From assembly GCA_965248835.1 (NCBI GenBank), contig CBDFLJ010000001.1, forward strand, positions 1,344,001 through 1,408,000: a stretch of 64,000 nt of DNA. Reading direction: 5' to 3'. A program made the translations under genes and the position numbers. The notes under the pieces were generated by a model that saw nothing but the letters and a program-made list of their open reading frames with translations, did not search any database and was not told where the DNA came from. This document shows, piece after piece, positions 20,456 through 29,928 of this stretch (position 1 is the first letter of the stretch; the number at the start of each line of letters is the position of its first letter). This DNA comes from Alphaproteobacteria bacterium (GTDB taxonomy: Bacteria > Pseudomonadota > Alphaproteobacteria > MPNO01).

Positions 20456-21253
20456 ATGCTGGAGCTCTATCACAACAACATCTCGGTCTGCTCGCAGAAG
20501 GTCCGCCACGCGTTGGCGGAGAAAGGGCTGGACTGGGCCGGCCACCACGTCCGGCTGATCAGCGGCGATCAGACGGCACCGGACTACCTCAAGCTCAACC
20601 CCAAGGCGCTGGTGCCGACCCTGGTGCACGACGGCGTCCCGATCATCGAATCGACGGTGATCAACGAATACCTCGACGAGGCGTTCGCCGCACCGCCGCT
20701 CAAGCCGGCCGATGCGCGCGGCAGGGCGCGCATGCGGTTGTGGACCAAGGTGCCCGACGAGGGCATCCATGTCGCCTGCGCCTCGGTGAGCTTCGCCGCG
20801 GCGTTCGCCAAGCAGCTTCAAACCGAGTTCACGCCCGCGGCGATGGAGGAGAGGCTCGCCGGCATGCCCGACCAGGCGCGTGCCGGGCGCCAGCGTGCAA
20901 TCATGGAGCACGGCTTCAATGCGCCGTTCGTCAAGGACGCGATCCTGCTGTTTGACAAGACATACCAGGCGATGGAAGAGGCGCTCGGCGACGGGCCCTG
21001 GCTTGCCGGGCAAAGCTTCAGCCTGGCCGACATAGCGCTGACGCCCTATCTCGACCGTCTGAACCGTCTCGGGCTGTCGCCGATGTGGACCCGGGCACGG
21101 CCGCTTCTCACCGACTGGTTCGCCCGCATCCGCGCCCGGCCGAGCTACGATCAGGCCTACACGTCCTATCGCCCGGTCGACTACGACGACCTGCTGATCG
21201 AGCGCGGCGCGACCGCCTGGCCCGAAGTCGAGGCCCTGCTGGCCGAAGCATGA
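20456..21253 (+). CDS. Glutathione S-transferase family protein
   Basis: SVCSQKVR, YLKLNPKALVPTL, ESTVINEYLD, FSLADI. Confidence 0.92.
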   Translation: MLELYHNNISVCSQKVRHALAEKGLDWAGHHVRLISGDQTAPDYLKLNPKALVPTLVHDGVPIIESTVINEYLDEAFAAPPLKPADARGRARMRLWTKVPDEGIHVACASVSFAAAFAKQLQTEFTPAAMEERLAGMPDQARAGRQRAIMEHGFNAPFVKDAILLFDKTYQAMEEALGDGPWLAGQSFSLADIALTPYLDRLNRLGLSPMWTRARPLLTDWFARIRARPSYDQAYTSYRPVDYDDLLIERGATAWPEVEALLAEA

Positions 21254-21424
21254 CGGGGTGGGGGTTCACGCCCGGCCAAGCGCCGAGAGCACCTCTTCGC
21301 GGGTGATCGGCATCGAGGCCGGAGCGGGGCGGTGTCAAAGCGAACGGACTCGAGCCGGGAACAGAGGTCTCGCCGCCTCCGCCGTTGTATCGCTTGGCGG
21401 CCCCCGCCTCGAGGCAGGACGCGA

Positions 21425-22027
21425 TCAATTCAGCGGAATGTCGTTCGCGGATTTCGACTGCTGATAGGTTTCCGACAGCGCCGCAAAGGCCGCCTTGATC
21501 CGCCCGATCTGTTGGCGGAGCCGCTTAGCCTGCGCATCGGGGGAGGCTGCGGCCATCTCGTTCAGATCATGACAGTGCCAAAAGGCGTTCCGGTGCGCGT
21601 AGGTGCCGTCAGGCCGCTTGAATACATCCTGCAGGATTTTCAGATTATGCGGAATGTGAAACGTGTCCCGGGTCTCGGCGTAATCGAACAGATAGTAGAA
21701 ATTGTCGAACCCCGCCCAGGTGATCGCCGACAGGCACATGGGACAGGATTCGTGGACGGTCAGAAAAAAACACGCGCTGGTTTTTGGCCGATCCGCCGCC
21801 GGCAGGCCGTAAAACGCATTCAGAGTCATAATCTCACCATGGAACAGGGGGTTCCTGGTTTCTCGATTGGCGTCCGCTATGACCAGCGACAAATCGGACT
21901 TGCGCAGGATCGCCGCGCCGAAGGCCTTGTTGCCTTCCGCGACCCCGGCCCGTGTTTTCGGCAGAATATCGTGCTCGATGACATCGAGAAGCCGCTTGCA
22001 CAAATCCGTTTGCGCTGCCTCTTGCAT
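21425..22027 (-). CDS. Nucleoside/guanine deaminase (CDA-fold, Zn)
   Basis: FGAAI, NPLFHGE, SCPMCLSAI; start taken at MQEAAQ. Confidence 0.88.
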   Translation of the reverse strand: MQEAAQTDLCKRLLDVIEHDILPKTRAGVAEGNKAFGAAILRKSDLSLVIADANRETRNPLFHGEIMTLNAFYGLPAADRPKTSACFFLTVHESCPMCLSAITWAGFDNFYYLFDYAETRDTFHIPHNLKILQDVFKRPDGTYAHRNAFWHCHDLNEMAAASPDAQAKRLRQQIGRIKAAFAALSETYQQSKSANDIPLN

Positions 22028-22199
22028 CCGAGAACGCGATCCTGCCGATTTCCCCGATTCGCCCGCCATCTTACCGGGCGAAGTCGCGGCTTTGCAGAAA
22101 AATCCGGCAGGGGCGCATCCTCGCCGAGCGTTCACCAGCCGTTGCCGGCTGCCGCCGGCCCCGGCAGGAGGCAGCCGGCATCGGCTGGTAGGCGCGCCA

Positions 22200-22390
22200 T
22201 TCCAGTGGGTCGCATGGTCCGGCACCGTTTCCAGCGTCCTCCTCGCCACCGCGGCGATCTTGTCGTCGCCGATCTTGCGCGTCGCGCCCGCGATCTCGAA
22301 GCGCCCGTCCGGGTGCGGCCTTGGTTCTGAGCGATGAAGAACGGTCTTTTCTCGAGAGTCAGGCCCGCCGCCGCCAGATCGCGCGGGTAG
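22200..22390. mobile_element. IS630-family transposase remnants in opposite orientations
   Basis: Plus strand LSDEERSFLESQARRRQIAR (22321-22386); minus strand RKIGDDKIAAVARRTLETVPDHATHW (about 22200-22285). Confidence 0.65.
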
Positions 22391-22534
22391 TGTCCAGTAT
22401 CTTTCACACTTTCATGTTCGCCGACCCCATCCGTGTGGCGGACATGGAAAGAACATCATCGCTGGCAAACACCCGCCGGCAGGCGCCGTTCACGAATGAG
22501 GCGACGCCGGACGAGTGCTGGCGTTGGGTAAGAG

Positions 22535-23494
22535 CTAGTCCTTCGCCTTGTGTGCTTCGACGAGAAACAGAATCTTTGCGGCAGCCAAATGGAGAGCGTA
22601 GGCAGCTACGTAGTCGGGAGTCTCGCGCGGCGTTGCTCCTTGTCCGTGCGCACCCTCTTCGTTTCTCACTTTAGGAAGTCCGGATTTAAGCGTGGCAGCC
22701 AATTGGTCGAACGAATTATCGAGATAGGGAGGTAAAAGGCCCTCCTCGCGCACTTTTTTGAGAAGGTCCGACGCTCCGACGCCCTGCGGGTATTGCCAAA
22801 GCCTTTGATCACAAATCGCTTTTAACGTGCTTTCGAATGCGTTGTTGGCGTCCGTGATGGCGTCCTTCATTTCTCCAGATCGGTAGTGGGCATGCGCCCT
22901 CATGAATTCGTCACGCGGTCCCTCAAAGCCCGGTTGGTGCAGATATCGAAGCGCAGGCCGTACGACTTCGGAATGGATCAGCTCCGAGTCGACACGGAAT
23001 ATCTTTCCGTTGTCAAACTGATACCCCACGCCGGCACGTCGAAAACGCTCGTTAAGCTCTTCGATCGCCTCGCTCGCCTCAACCTTTATGCCACGCTTCC
23101 GGCGATCGTTGTGGTTGAAATCCCGTGCAATCTTGTCAATGTAAAAAAAGCTGGTTTCGATGAGATCAAGGGCGTTGTACACGGACTCACTTTTGAGAAG
23201 ATAGGTCTCGCAATGGTGTTTGAAATTGGGTTGTCCGATACCGTGCCCATCGGCCAGATCGAGTACACCATGTTCCCGTGCTACGATGTCGTGGATTAAA
23301 CTCCAACCCTCATTGTTCTCGATTATGTCCTCGAAGTAGTGGTGGGAAAATACGTCAAACGTACCGATAGCATCACTCCAGATATGGATGATCCGGACAC
23401 GGAGCGTTTCGGGAAGTTCGTCGTAGACTAGGACATCAGGCGTCTCGCCCTCAGCGACGCGTTTGCGGTAGGAAAAGAGGTTGAACACTGGCAC
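22535..23494 (-). CDS. Abortive-infection-like protein (AbiJ-type N-terminal domain + Abi_C/HEPN; STM4504-like)
   Basis: FSYRKR..PDVLVYDELPETLRVRI; ANNAFESTLKAIC; HEPN motif RNEEGAHG; lower GC than its surroundings. Confidence 0.75.
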   Translation of the reverse strand: MPVFNLFSYRKRVAEGETPDVLVYDELPETLRVRIIHIWSDAIGTFDVFSHHYFEDIIENNEGWSLIHDIVAREHGVLDLADGHGIGQPNFKHHCETYLLKSESVYNALDLIETSFFYIDKIARDFNHNDRRKRGIKVEASEAIEELNERFRRAGVGYQFDNGKIFRVDSELIHSEVVRPALRYLHQPGFEGPRDEFMRAHAHYRSGEMKDAITDANNAFESTLKAICDQRLWQYPQGVGASDLLKKVREEGLLPPYLDNSFDQLAATLKSGLPKVRNEEGAHGQGATPRETPDYVAAYALHLAAAKILFLVEAHKAKD

Positions 23495-23500
23495 TTCTAA

Positions 23501-25114
23501 CCTGACTTATTCATCGGGGGCGGCGTTTATCGGTTGATTTTATCTGGACGCAGGTTTGCGTTCGGCGCCTTGGGGCGTCGGTATTTGAGGTTGGTGGTGT
23601 CGGGGTTTGGGGTTGAAGGCACTCGGGTTCGCGGGGCACGGCGCCCCGGCGGTCAGGGTCCCGAGGCCGCGAGGCGGCCCGCCAGCATGCGGAACAGGGC
23701 GGCGTCCGGACAGGCCGAAGCGAAGTGGATGCGGATGCGGGCGGCCCGTTCGACGACGCGGGCGCCGATCTTGAGCAGGCTCTTCCTGAGGGTTGCGAAC
23801 TCGGCCCGGGCGAGCGGCATCCTGCGGGGCACGGCATCGCGCAGGGCGAGCATCAGCCAGTAGGCCGCGGTGTGCAGGACCAGCCTGAACTGGTTGGCGA
23901 GCGGGCTCTGGCAGGAGGTGCGGTCGGAGGCGAGCTGGCCCTTGTGCAGCTTGATCAGGTTTTCGGCCTGGCCGCGGGCGCAGTAGATACCTTCGTAGAG
24001 ATGGCGGGGCTCGCCGGCGAGCGAGGTGACGATGTAGCGGGCGTCGAAGCCGCGCGCGGTGGCCTCCAGCCGGGCGACGACCCGGCGTTCGCGGTTCCAG
24101 GAGCGGGCGGCGTAGGCGAAGGCGGCGAAGGTCCGCATCTTTTCGACACCGGCCTCGGCAAGGTGCACCTTGAGGTCGTCGGCCACCTCGTATGCGTGGG
24201 CGTGCAGCACCCGATTGCCCGGCAGGCCGAAGATATAGTCGACGCCGTTGTCCTCGCACCAGGCCATGGCCTGCGTCCGGCCATAGTGGGAATCTCCCCG
24301 GAAGGTGAGCCGGGTGCGCGGCCAGTGCCGGCGGATGCGGCGGACCAGATGCTTGAGAAGGGTGCGGACCTCGACACCGGACGGCGTCTTGCCCGGGCGC
24401 AGGAGAACCGCCACCGGCTTGCCGCTCTCCACATGGTAGACGTGCACGGGCAGGAAGCAGCGGGTGTCGTAATGGGCGTTGAACAGCGACAGCTGCTGGT
24501 GGCCGTGCACCGGGTCGCAGGTGTCGTCGATGTCGAGGGTGATCGCCGCGGGAGGGGTCGGGAAGCTGCGGCAGAAGATGTCGACCAGGGCGGCCGTCAT
24601 GCGCGCCACCTCAAGCCGCGAGGGGGCGTTCTCCAGCCGGCTCATGGTGGGCTGCGAGCACAGCGGGCGGCCGCTCTCCGGCGCCTGGCCCACGGCCAGC
24701 TTGAACAGGGGATCGGTGCGCAGGGCGTCGCAGTCGTCGGCATCCTCGTATCCGCAGGCGATCGCGAACATGCGCAAGCGCAGCATCGCCGACAGCGTGT
24801 GGACCACCAGCGCCGGGTCGCGCCCGTCCCGGATGCAGCCCGCCAGCGTCTCGGCCAGGCCGAGCCGGCGTTCCGCCTCGCGCAACAAAACCAGGCCGCC
24901 GTCCGAGGAGATCAGGCCGCCGTCGAAATCGGCGGTCACCTTCTTGCGTCGGACGGCTGGCAGATCGAACGAGAGAACGGTATCTTCGGTCATGGCGGCG
25001 TGGCGCTTTCGTTGCCTGGGAAGAAAGACGCTTTGACAACGAATTTCTACCCGACGACAACGACTTACGCCACGTCCGCCACCGCAACATCAGGCCCGGC
25101 ATGAATAATGGGGG
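23501..25114 (-). mobile_element. Complete IS1380-family insertion sequence, 1614 bp, with CTAA target-site duplication
   Basis: IRs cctgacttattcat (23501-23514) and atgaataatggggg (25101-25114); CTAA at 23497-23500 and 25115-25118. Confidence 0.93.
23653..24993 (-). CDS. IS1380-family DDE transposase
   Basis: FDGGLISSDGG, GYEDADDCD, LDIDDT, RGDSHY, YCARGQAENLIK. Confidence 0.95.
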   Translation of the reverse strand: MTEDTVLSFDLPAVRRKKVTADFDGGLISSDGGLVLLREAERRLGLAETLAGCIRDGRDPALVVHTLSAMLRLRMFAIACGYEDADDCDALRTDPLFKLAVGQAPESGRPLCSQPTMSRLENAPSRLEVARMTAALVDIFCRSFPTPPAAITLDIDDTCDPVHGHQQLSLFNAHYDTRCFLPVHVYHVESGKPVAVLLRPGKTPSGVEVRTLLKHLVRRIRRHWPRTRLTFRGDSHYGRTQAMAWCEDNGVDYIFGLPGNRVLHAHAYEVADDLKVHLAEAGVEKMRTFAAFAYAARSWNRERRVVARLEATARGFDARYIVTSLAGEPRHLYEGIYCARGQAENLIKLHKGQLASDRTSCQSPLANQFRLVLHTAAYWLMLALRDAVPRRMPLARAEFATLRKSLLKIGARVVERAARIRIHFASACPDAALFRMLAGRLAASGP

Positions 25115-25734
25115 CTAAATCCTCGACCAATGGGAGAGACCGATGCCCGACTAACGGGCTCTACTCTCCGTAGCTCCTTGGAGCGGGATCAAGGCACCGC
25201 CGCTGGCGCGTGATGGGCGTAGCTGAAGCAATGGCCAACAAGATAAGGCCGTAGGCCTAGAATCGTCAATTTCTAGCAGCGTCCGGCGAGGTGCCGTGTT
25301 GTGAATCGGATATCGGCGATATCATACGGTCATGGACTGGTATGCCCTTGATGCCGATGCGGTTGATCCCCGGGATCGACGCTGCGGCTCGCCTTGACAG
25401 TCTGAACGGGGGCCACATAGGGTTTTCCCACTGACTCGAGACAATCGATACATCTCGACGGCAAAACCGGGGGGGACACCAGATGATCCAACTCAAACAG
25501 ACGGCGCTTGCGGTCACGGCGGTGCTGGCGCTTCCGGTTCCACGAACCGGCCCGATAGCTAAGGCGCACCACTCCTGAAAGGCTTGGGAACCTCGCCAGG
25601 CGGCTCAAGCCGATTTACTCTGACAACGCCCCTCAGAAAAATCCCTCGGCAGAACGGCTCATGCCGGGGAGAGACTACCGGACAGGCGGCGGAAAGTGAG
25701 AACACCTCAGCCGTATAATCGGGACGATCGTCTG

Positions 25735-25791
25735 TTGACATCGGGTTTGCCAGCGACCATATTTTTAGCACTCGCCAGGATCGAGTGCTAA
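25735..25791 (+). promoter_or_regulatory. groESL promoter and perfect CIRCE (HrcA operator)
   Basis: TTGACA (25735-40)-17bp-CATATT; TTAGCACTC-N9-GAGTGCTAA at 25765-25791. Confidence 0.95.
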
Positions 25792-25948
25792 TCGACTGGC
25801 GCACTCGCAACTGGTGGATCGCTCAAACGGATATTTTGCGACCCGCGATCGCGGAGCCACCCATGACGGTCTGGCTCGGCACCGGCTCGTTATCAACCTG
25901 CCCGCCGCGGCGGGCTACCGACAATCACCGACAACAGGAGATGGTTTC

Positions 25949-26236
25949 ATGAGCCTCAAGCCATTGCACGACCGGGTGCTGGTCGAACCTCTGGAAGCCG
26001 AGGGGAAGTCGGCCGGCGGGATCATCATCCCCGACACCGCCAAGGAAAAGCCGATGGAAGGCAAGATCAAGGCCGTGGGATCCGGCGCGCGTGGCGAGAA
26101 TGGCAAAGTCACCCCGCTCGACGTCAAGAAGGGCGACCGGGTCCTCTACGGCAAGTGGTCCGGCACGGAAGTGAAGATCGGAGGTACCGACCTGCTGATC
26201 ATGAAGGAGTCGGACATCATGGGCATTATTGAATAG
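25949..26236 (+). CDS. groES: Co-chaperonin GroES
   Basis: [22 protein letters not shown]; RBS AGGAG. Confidence 0.97.
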   Translation: MSLKPLHDRVLVEPLEAEGKSAGGIIIPDTAKEKPMEGKIKAVGSGARGENGKVTPLDVKKGDRVLYGKWSGTEVKIGGTDLLIMKESDIMGIIE

Positions 26237-26249
26237 GACACCCCAGAAC

Positions 26250-27899
<1,650 letters not shown>

Positions 27900-27941
27900 T
27901 CAGCCGCCACACGGCCAATTCCGATCGGCCGAAAACAGCGG

Positions 27942-27972
27942 AGAAGGGCCGTCATCGACGGCCCTTCTTGTT
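27942..27972 (+). terminator. Rho-independent terminator after groEL
   Basis: agaagggccgtc-atc-gacggcccttct then tgtt. Confidence 0.8.
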
Positions 27973-28064
27973 GTCGCCGCAGTACCAGCGCTCGATGGTC
28001 GAGAAGCGGAAACATTTTCCTGGGCGCCCCGTTATCGTCGAGTCTTCGCCCGTTGTGGGCGGAG

Positions 28065-28165
28065 TGGGCCAGAGGCGGGCGATGTCGGTCCTGGCCCACG
28101 TCTCGTCGATGAAGACCGGGCGCGCCGGATCGAAGCCAACCCGGCTGTCGATCCACGCCTGCTCG
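28065..28165 (-). mobile_element. IS630-family transposase fragment
   Basis: Minus strand reads AWIDSRVGFDPARPVFIDETWARTDIARL (IS630 LVFIDET motif). Confidence 0.7.
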
Positions 28166-28189
28166 GCCGGGATAGAACGAACCGATTCC

Positions 28190-28334
28190 GTTCAGGCCCT
28201 CGCATATGGTGCGCGGCTGGAGAGTCTCACCGCAGGCGCCCACAGACGAACAACAGCAGCCTGAGCGTCCCCTCCCTACCCGCCGGATAGCGCGACGGAC
28301 GCGACGCTCTTGCACCACGGCTCGGGACACGATC
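28190..28334 (+). mobile_element. Degenerate IS256-like 3' end
   Basis: VQ..Y..LESL...AA* followed by gcaccacggctcgggacacgatc; family assignment is from recollection of IS256-type ends. Confidence 0.4.
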
Positions 28335-28516
28335 CACCCCATTGAACTGGTCCACCGTTATGTGTTGGAACGAGGAGGACCAAGGATGGTAAGGAAGCGG
28401 TACGAGCCGGGGGCGATTGTCGGCAAGCCGCGGCGGGCGGAGGTTCTGCACGGTCCGGGCATGTCGATGTCGGATGCGATCCGGCAACTCGGGATCAGCG
28501 AGATCACGTACTACCT
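28331..28516 (+). mobile_element. IS3-family (IS407-like) left end and truncated orfA
   Basis: gatccaccccattgaactggtcca IR-like end, RBS GAGGAGG, MVRKRYEPGAIVGKPRRAEVLHGPGMSMSDAIRQLGISEITYY. Confidence 0.75.
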
Positions 28517-28610
28517 CTATGGACGGACCTCCCGTTGCAAGCGATGTTGAGATGAGCGGCCTGGGTCAGAACATCTATCCGGCATCGCCCGTGTCGGGGT
28601 AAGGATCTTC
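28517..28610 (-). mobile_element. IS110/IS1111-like non-coding right-end remnant
   Basis: Minus strand gccggatagatg...cgcttgcaacgggaggtccgtccatag resembles IS1111-type ends; begins exactly where IS3 orfA similarity stops. Confidence 0.5.
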
Positions 28611-28614
28611 ACAG

Positions 28615-28971
28615 ATGTCCGAAATGCGTATTCACAACGTCCACCAGGTAACCCGCGACATGGACCGGGCGCTTGCTTTCTATCGCGACGTCCTTGGGCT
28701 GGAGGTGAAGTTCCAGGACGGCGAGAAATGGTGTCAGCTGGTGGCGGGTGACAGTCGGCTGGCGCTCGCCTCGCCCCAGGAAGCCGCACCGGCGGAGGCT
28801 GGCAGCGTCGTGGTAATTCGGGTCGACGACCTCGATGCGGTGCGCGCCGCGCTTGAATCCGCCGGTACCGAAGTGGAGGCCTATCGCGATATGGGCGACC
28901 ATGGCCGGGTCGTCACCTGCCGCGACCCGGACGGTACGTTTCTCCAGCTTTATCAGGCCTCGGCCGGTTAA
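28615..28971 (+). CDS. VOC/glyoxalase family protein
   Basis: DMDRALAFYRDVLGL, RVDDLD, CRDPDG. Confidence 0.9.
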   Translation: MSEMRIHNVHQVTRDMDRALAFYRDVLGLEVKFQDGEKWCQLVAGDSRLALASPQEAAPAEAGSVVVIRVDDLDAVRAALESAGTEVEAYRDMGDHGRVVTCRDPDGTFLQLYQASAG

Positions 28972-29040
28972 TCGCGGCCCTATCCCCCGAGCGTTGGCTC
29001 GATCGCTTTTTGTTCTTCTCGCCCGAGGCTGCGAGGCGCG

Positions 29041-29919
29041 ATGACATCGGTCCGCGCCAATTGGTCCCGAATGCCCGCAAATATCCGTGGCGCCATCTGC
29101 ATCGTCACCGGCGGCTTTCTGCTGATCGTCATGGCATCGATGGTCAAGCATCTGGGCCAGTCGCTGCCCGCATTCGAGGTCGTCTTCGTCCGCTTCCTCT
29201 GCGGCCTGATCGTCATTCTCCCAGTGGTCTGGCGCATCGGTTTCGGCGTTTTGCGGACACAGCGCCTCAAACTCCACGTGACGCGGGGCGTGGTCGGGTT
29301 TCTTGGAAACCTCTGCTTCTTCTTCGCGCTGATTCATATGGCGATCGGCGACACGGTCACGATCCAGTTCTCCCGACCGCTGGTGATGGTCGTGATCGCG
29401 GCCGTGTTTCTCGGAGAAATTCTCGACAAGCGCCGCGTGTCGCTGACGATCCTCGGGTTCGCCGGCGTTCTATTGATCACCCGGCCGTTCGGCGAAGGAT
29501 TCGAGCCTTGGGCACTGGTCGCCCTGGCCGGTACGGTTTTCGCGACGCTGGTCGTGGTGACGGTCAAGCAGCTGACGAGAACCGAACAAACTGTCGTGAT
29601 CATGTTCTACTTCGCGCTGACCACGACCCTGCTTTCCCTCGTCCCCGCCATCCTGACATGGCAAACGCCGACGGCGGTCGAGTTTGCTCTTCTCTTTTGC
29701 ACCGGGCTTCTAGGCATCGTCGGCCAGTCGCTGTTCACGCACGGGATCGGACTCGGCGAGACCGGCTTCGTGCTGCCGTTCGATTATCTCCGGATCATCT
29801 ACGCGTTCGTTATCGGGATGATCTGGTTCGCCGAGATCCCGGATGTCTGGGGAGTCGCCGGGGCGGGCGTGATCGTCGCCGCGAGCCTGTTGCTTCTGAA
29901 AGGAGAAGGCCGCCGGTGA
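29041..29919 (+). CDS. DMT/EamA family transporter
   Basis: About 10 TM helices; FLGE, PFDYLRII, WFAEIPD. Confidence 0.9.
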   Translation: MTSVRANWSRMPANIRGAICIVTGGFLLIVMASMVKHLGQSLPAFEVVFVRFLCGLIVILPVVWRIGFGVLRTQRLKLHVTRGVVGFLGNLCFFFALIHMAIGDTVTIQFSRPLVMVVIAAVFLGEILDKRRVSLTILGFAGVLLITRPFGEGFEPWALVALAGTVFATLVVVTVKQLTRTEQTVVIMFYFALTTTLLSLVPAILTWQTPTAVEFALLFCTGLLGIVGQSLFTHGIGLGETGFVLPFDYLRIIYAFVIGMIWFAEIPDVWGVAGAGVIVAASLLLLKGEGRR

Positions 29920-29928
29920 AAAAGGATT

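Noticed and set aside
25180-25255. Possible IS110 fragment (VAEAMANKI)
   Set aside because: Too short and degenerate to call
25266-25608. Short minus-strand ORFs, one with GIPVHDRMI resembling a RadC tail
   Set aside because: Only a few residues match; no JAB motif; cannot be supported
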